From an uncultured Nitrospiraceae bacterium (GTDB lineage Bacteria > Nitrospirota > Thermodesulfovibrionia > Thermodesulfovibrionales > Dissulfurispiraceae): a stretch of 44,014 nt of DNA. Positions 41,916 to 44,014 of this stretch are shown in pieces (position 1 is the stretch's first letter; every line of letters starts with the position of its first letter). The translations under genes were made by a program, and so were the position numbers. The notes beneath the pieces are model-generated. The model made no database searches, was not told the origin of the DNA, and worked only from the letters and a program-made list of their open reading frames with translations. Location of the stretch: positions 1 through 44,014 of the forward strand of contig CAMTVO010000011.1 in assembly GCA_947085205.1 (NCBI GenBank), written 5' to 3'.

Positions 41916-42073
41916 GGCAAACGGTTACCTTTAGGCATAACTTTATATTATGGAAAATTTCCTTGTCAAGGGCTTGCAGATCCTGAAAAATAGACATAGA
42001 ACTTCCCAAAAGTTTCCCCTCCTGCAAGTGGAGGGGGTTTGAGAGGAATAACAACTTCCGAGGTCATCAAATA

Positions 42074-42173
42074 TTGACAAAGGACTTATGTAATTTTTAT
42101 TATTAAATTCGACGGTAAACGGTTACCGTTTCGAGCGTCTTATATCATACATTATGGTATAGACGCTTTTTTG
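42074..42173 (+). promoter_or_regulatory. Promoter, palindrome and terminator-like leader hairpin upstream of the glt genes
   Basis: TTGACA-N18-TATTAT; ACGGTAA-ACGG-TTACCGT; AGCGTCT...AGACGCT followed by a T run. Confidence 0.6.
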
Positions 42174-42203
42174 CCATATAATTATGTATGAGGTAAAAAT
42201 ACT

Positions 42204-43313
42204 ATGTGCAGACTGGCTGCAATCACTTCTAAAAACTACATCTCATCAATGGAGACCATCCTTGCCCTCGAGACCATGAAGGAGGGACACGATGGTTCGG
42301 GTTTAGGTCTCACACTTAAAAATCTCGGCGGCGAATTTGAAGAACTGAAGGAATATCCGATACTCTCAGGCATTTGCTCAAAGAGGGGAATGGAAGTTCT
42401 CGATGAATATATGAAAAAACACGGCTTTAAGCTCAAGCATATCTGGACGCCGAATATAAAGCATATAAAAGGCATTGTGCCGAGGGAGCATTACTTCGCA
42501 AGGGTTTACGACTACCCTGCTTCTTATAAAAACAAATCAATGCAGGAAAAGGAAGAACTCCTCATGAACACCCGTCTTGCATTGAGAAAAATCGGCGAGC
42601 CTGATGAGTCCATATTTGCATTTTCGTTTTACCCCGATGTCATTACATTAAAAGAGGTTGGAGACCCTCTTGAGGTGGCTGAATTCTTCGGCATCGACAG
42701 AGACGGTCTCAAAGCAAAAATCGTATTTGCGCAAGGCAGGCAGAACACAAACTATGCCATATATCTCTACGCCTGCCATCCGTTCTTCATTCAGGGATAC
42801 TGCTCCATGACAAACGGCGAAAACACGGCATTCGTTCCCATAAGGGAATTTTTGATGAGCAGGGCATTCCCGGGTTATATTGGCTATAACAGCGACAGCG
42901 AGGTATTTACCCATATTCTTCATTACACAGTAAGGCAGTTGGGATTCCCCCTTACTTATTATAAGGATGTCATTACACCGCTTAAGGTATCAGAAATAGA
43001 ACAGAGGAAAGACAGAGAGGCATTGAAGCTCGTCAAGCAGTCATTAAGGCCCTTATGTATAGACGGTCCTAATATGGTAATAGGCTTCACCCCTGATGGC
43101 ACATGCTTCATGGTTCAGGATTCAAAGAAGCTGAGGCCCGGTGTCGTGGGTGGCGTGAAGGGCAAATATGCATTGATGTCTGAGGAATGCGGTGTTGACA
43201 AGGCGGTTCCAAAGAGGGACAGGAGCAAAGACATATTCCCCATGAAGTACGATATGGTAATAGTATCGCCCGATGCACAGGAGGTTAAGGTATGGAACCA
43301 GCTTCAGGGATAA
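42204..43313 (+). CDS. Class II glutamine amidotransferase (split glutamate synthase subunit)
   Basis: N-terminal MCRL nucleophile, QGRQNTN, CHPF, NGEN, SDSE, LRPG. Confidence 0.88.
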   Translation: MCRLAAITSKNYISSMETILALETMKEGHDGSGLGLTLKNLGGEFEELKEYPILSGICSKRGMEVLDEYMKKHGFKLKHIWTPNIKHIKGIVPREHYFARVYDYPASYKNKSMQEKEELLMNTRLALRKIGEPDESIFAFSFYPDVITLKEVGDPLEVAEFFGIDRDGLKAKIVFAQGRQNTNYAIYLYACHPFFIQGYCSMTNGENTAFVPIREFLMSRAFPGYIGYNSDSEVFTHILHYTVRQLGFPLTYYKDVITPLKVSEIEQRKDREALKLVKQSLRPLCIDGPNMVIGFTPDGTCFMVQDSKKLRPGVVGGVKGKYALMSEECGVDKAVPKRDRSKDIFPMKYDMVIVSPDAQEVKVWNQLQG

Positions 43314-44014
43314 GATTAGACCATAATCATCAACTCTCATTAAAGGAGTTCCCATATATAATCAGATGGAGGGACGACAGGTGCAAGAGGTGCGGCAAAT
43401 GCACGGCAGTATGCCCTGTAAAGGCAATTGAACCCACTGTAAAGGTTCAGAGGATTGTAAAATCTGAGGGACCGGTTCCAACGCCAACTGCAGTAAGGAG
43501 TATCACCCATATAGTTGAGCAGGTCACGGATATGGAGCGCTACTGCACAGGCTGCGGCACATGCACGCTGGTATGTCCCAATGAGGCAATAGAGCCTGAA
43601 TTCAATCCGCAGAACAAATTCCTCCACTACAAAAATAAAGGCAGAGACGGATACAAGAGGGGCGGAAGGAGAAACGACCCGGCAGTATCAACCCTTGACA
43701 GGCTTAAATTTACAAGGATCTCGATGCTCACAGACCCGGCGCTCGATGCCGGAAGGCACGAGTTCAGGGTAAGGTCGCTTTTAGGAAGGATACTGCCTCC
43801 CGAAGACCTGCCTTTAAAAATGGTAAACGGCAAATTGGTTGTTGATAAAGAGAGCAGGTTTATCCCGCCTGTCCGTGAGATATTCCCCATAATGATAGGA
43901 AGCATGTCAGTAGGTGCATTGTCGCCTCCTATGTGGGAGGGTCTTGCCATGGGCGTGGCATATCTCAATGAGGTGGAAGGAATGCCTGTTGTGATGGCTT
44001 CGGGCGAAGGCGGA
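43292..44014 (+). CDS. Glutamate synthase FMN subunit with 2x[4Fe-4S] N-domain (partial, runs off the window)
   Basis: Not in the ORF track; AGGAGG RBS, MEPASG..., CKRCGKCTAVCP, CTGCGTCTLVCP, MSVGALS, SGEGG. Confidence 0.88.
   Translation, partial: MEPASGIRLDHNHQLSLKEFPYIIRWRDDRCKRCGKCTAVCPVKAIEPTVKVQRIVKSEGPVPTPTAVRSITHIVEQVTDMERYCTGCGTCTLVCPNEAIEPEFNPQNKFLHYKNKGRDGYKRGGRRNDPAVSTLDRLKFTRISMLTDPALDAGRHEFRVRSLLGRILPPEDLPLKMVNGKLVVDKESRFIPPVREIFPIMIGSMSVGALSPPMWEGLAMGVAYLNEVEGMPVVMASGEGG

Noticed and set aside
42014..42047. CCCCTCC...GGAGGGG hairpin in the divergent spacer
   Set aside because: Single short copy; cannot tell a repeat remnant from chance without a genome search
42045..42059. 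GGAA-N7-TTCC as an NrpR operator
   Set aside because: Spacer is 7, not 6; kept only as a weak possibility

Overview
Bacterial chromosome segment made mostly of core genes. Gene content and order suggest Nitrospirota (Thermodesulfovibrionia-like); this is an inference. The window holds the 3' end of a cardiolipin synthase, a TPR protein, the atpF'FHAGDC operon, iscS/nifS, lptCAB-rpoN-hpf-rapZ, aroE, a PDZ/radical-SAM gene, pgsA-like, rpe, a PASTA protein, rsmB, truA, dksA, rpsB-tsf-pyrH-frr, cysK, mqnD, glucan phosphorylase, ogt, an AbrB/RelE-like toxin-antitoxin pair, PBP1A, a Cys-rich MerR, a DHH-CBS tRNA nucleotidyltransferase and a nitrogen cluster (PII, NrpR, split glutamate synthase subunits, a KaiC-like/XRE/cupin regulator). 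Four signals are not explained by the gene list. (1) More than 20 short 7-bp or 8-bp tandem arrays, mostly with different units and often in inverted pairs, lie between genes and in frame inside housekeeping proteins; one array carries a nested 24-nt element. (2) A small island (about 20200-22400) encodes a passenger-less inverse-autotransporter barrel and a separate secreted partner, behind a promoter with a 9-bp homopolymer in its spacer. (3) A 5' fragment of a group IIC intron sits directly after that island's terminator. (4) A GTAG-type REP doublet. I found no rRNA, tRNA or CRISPR array. All family calls are by eye; no searches were run.
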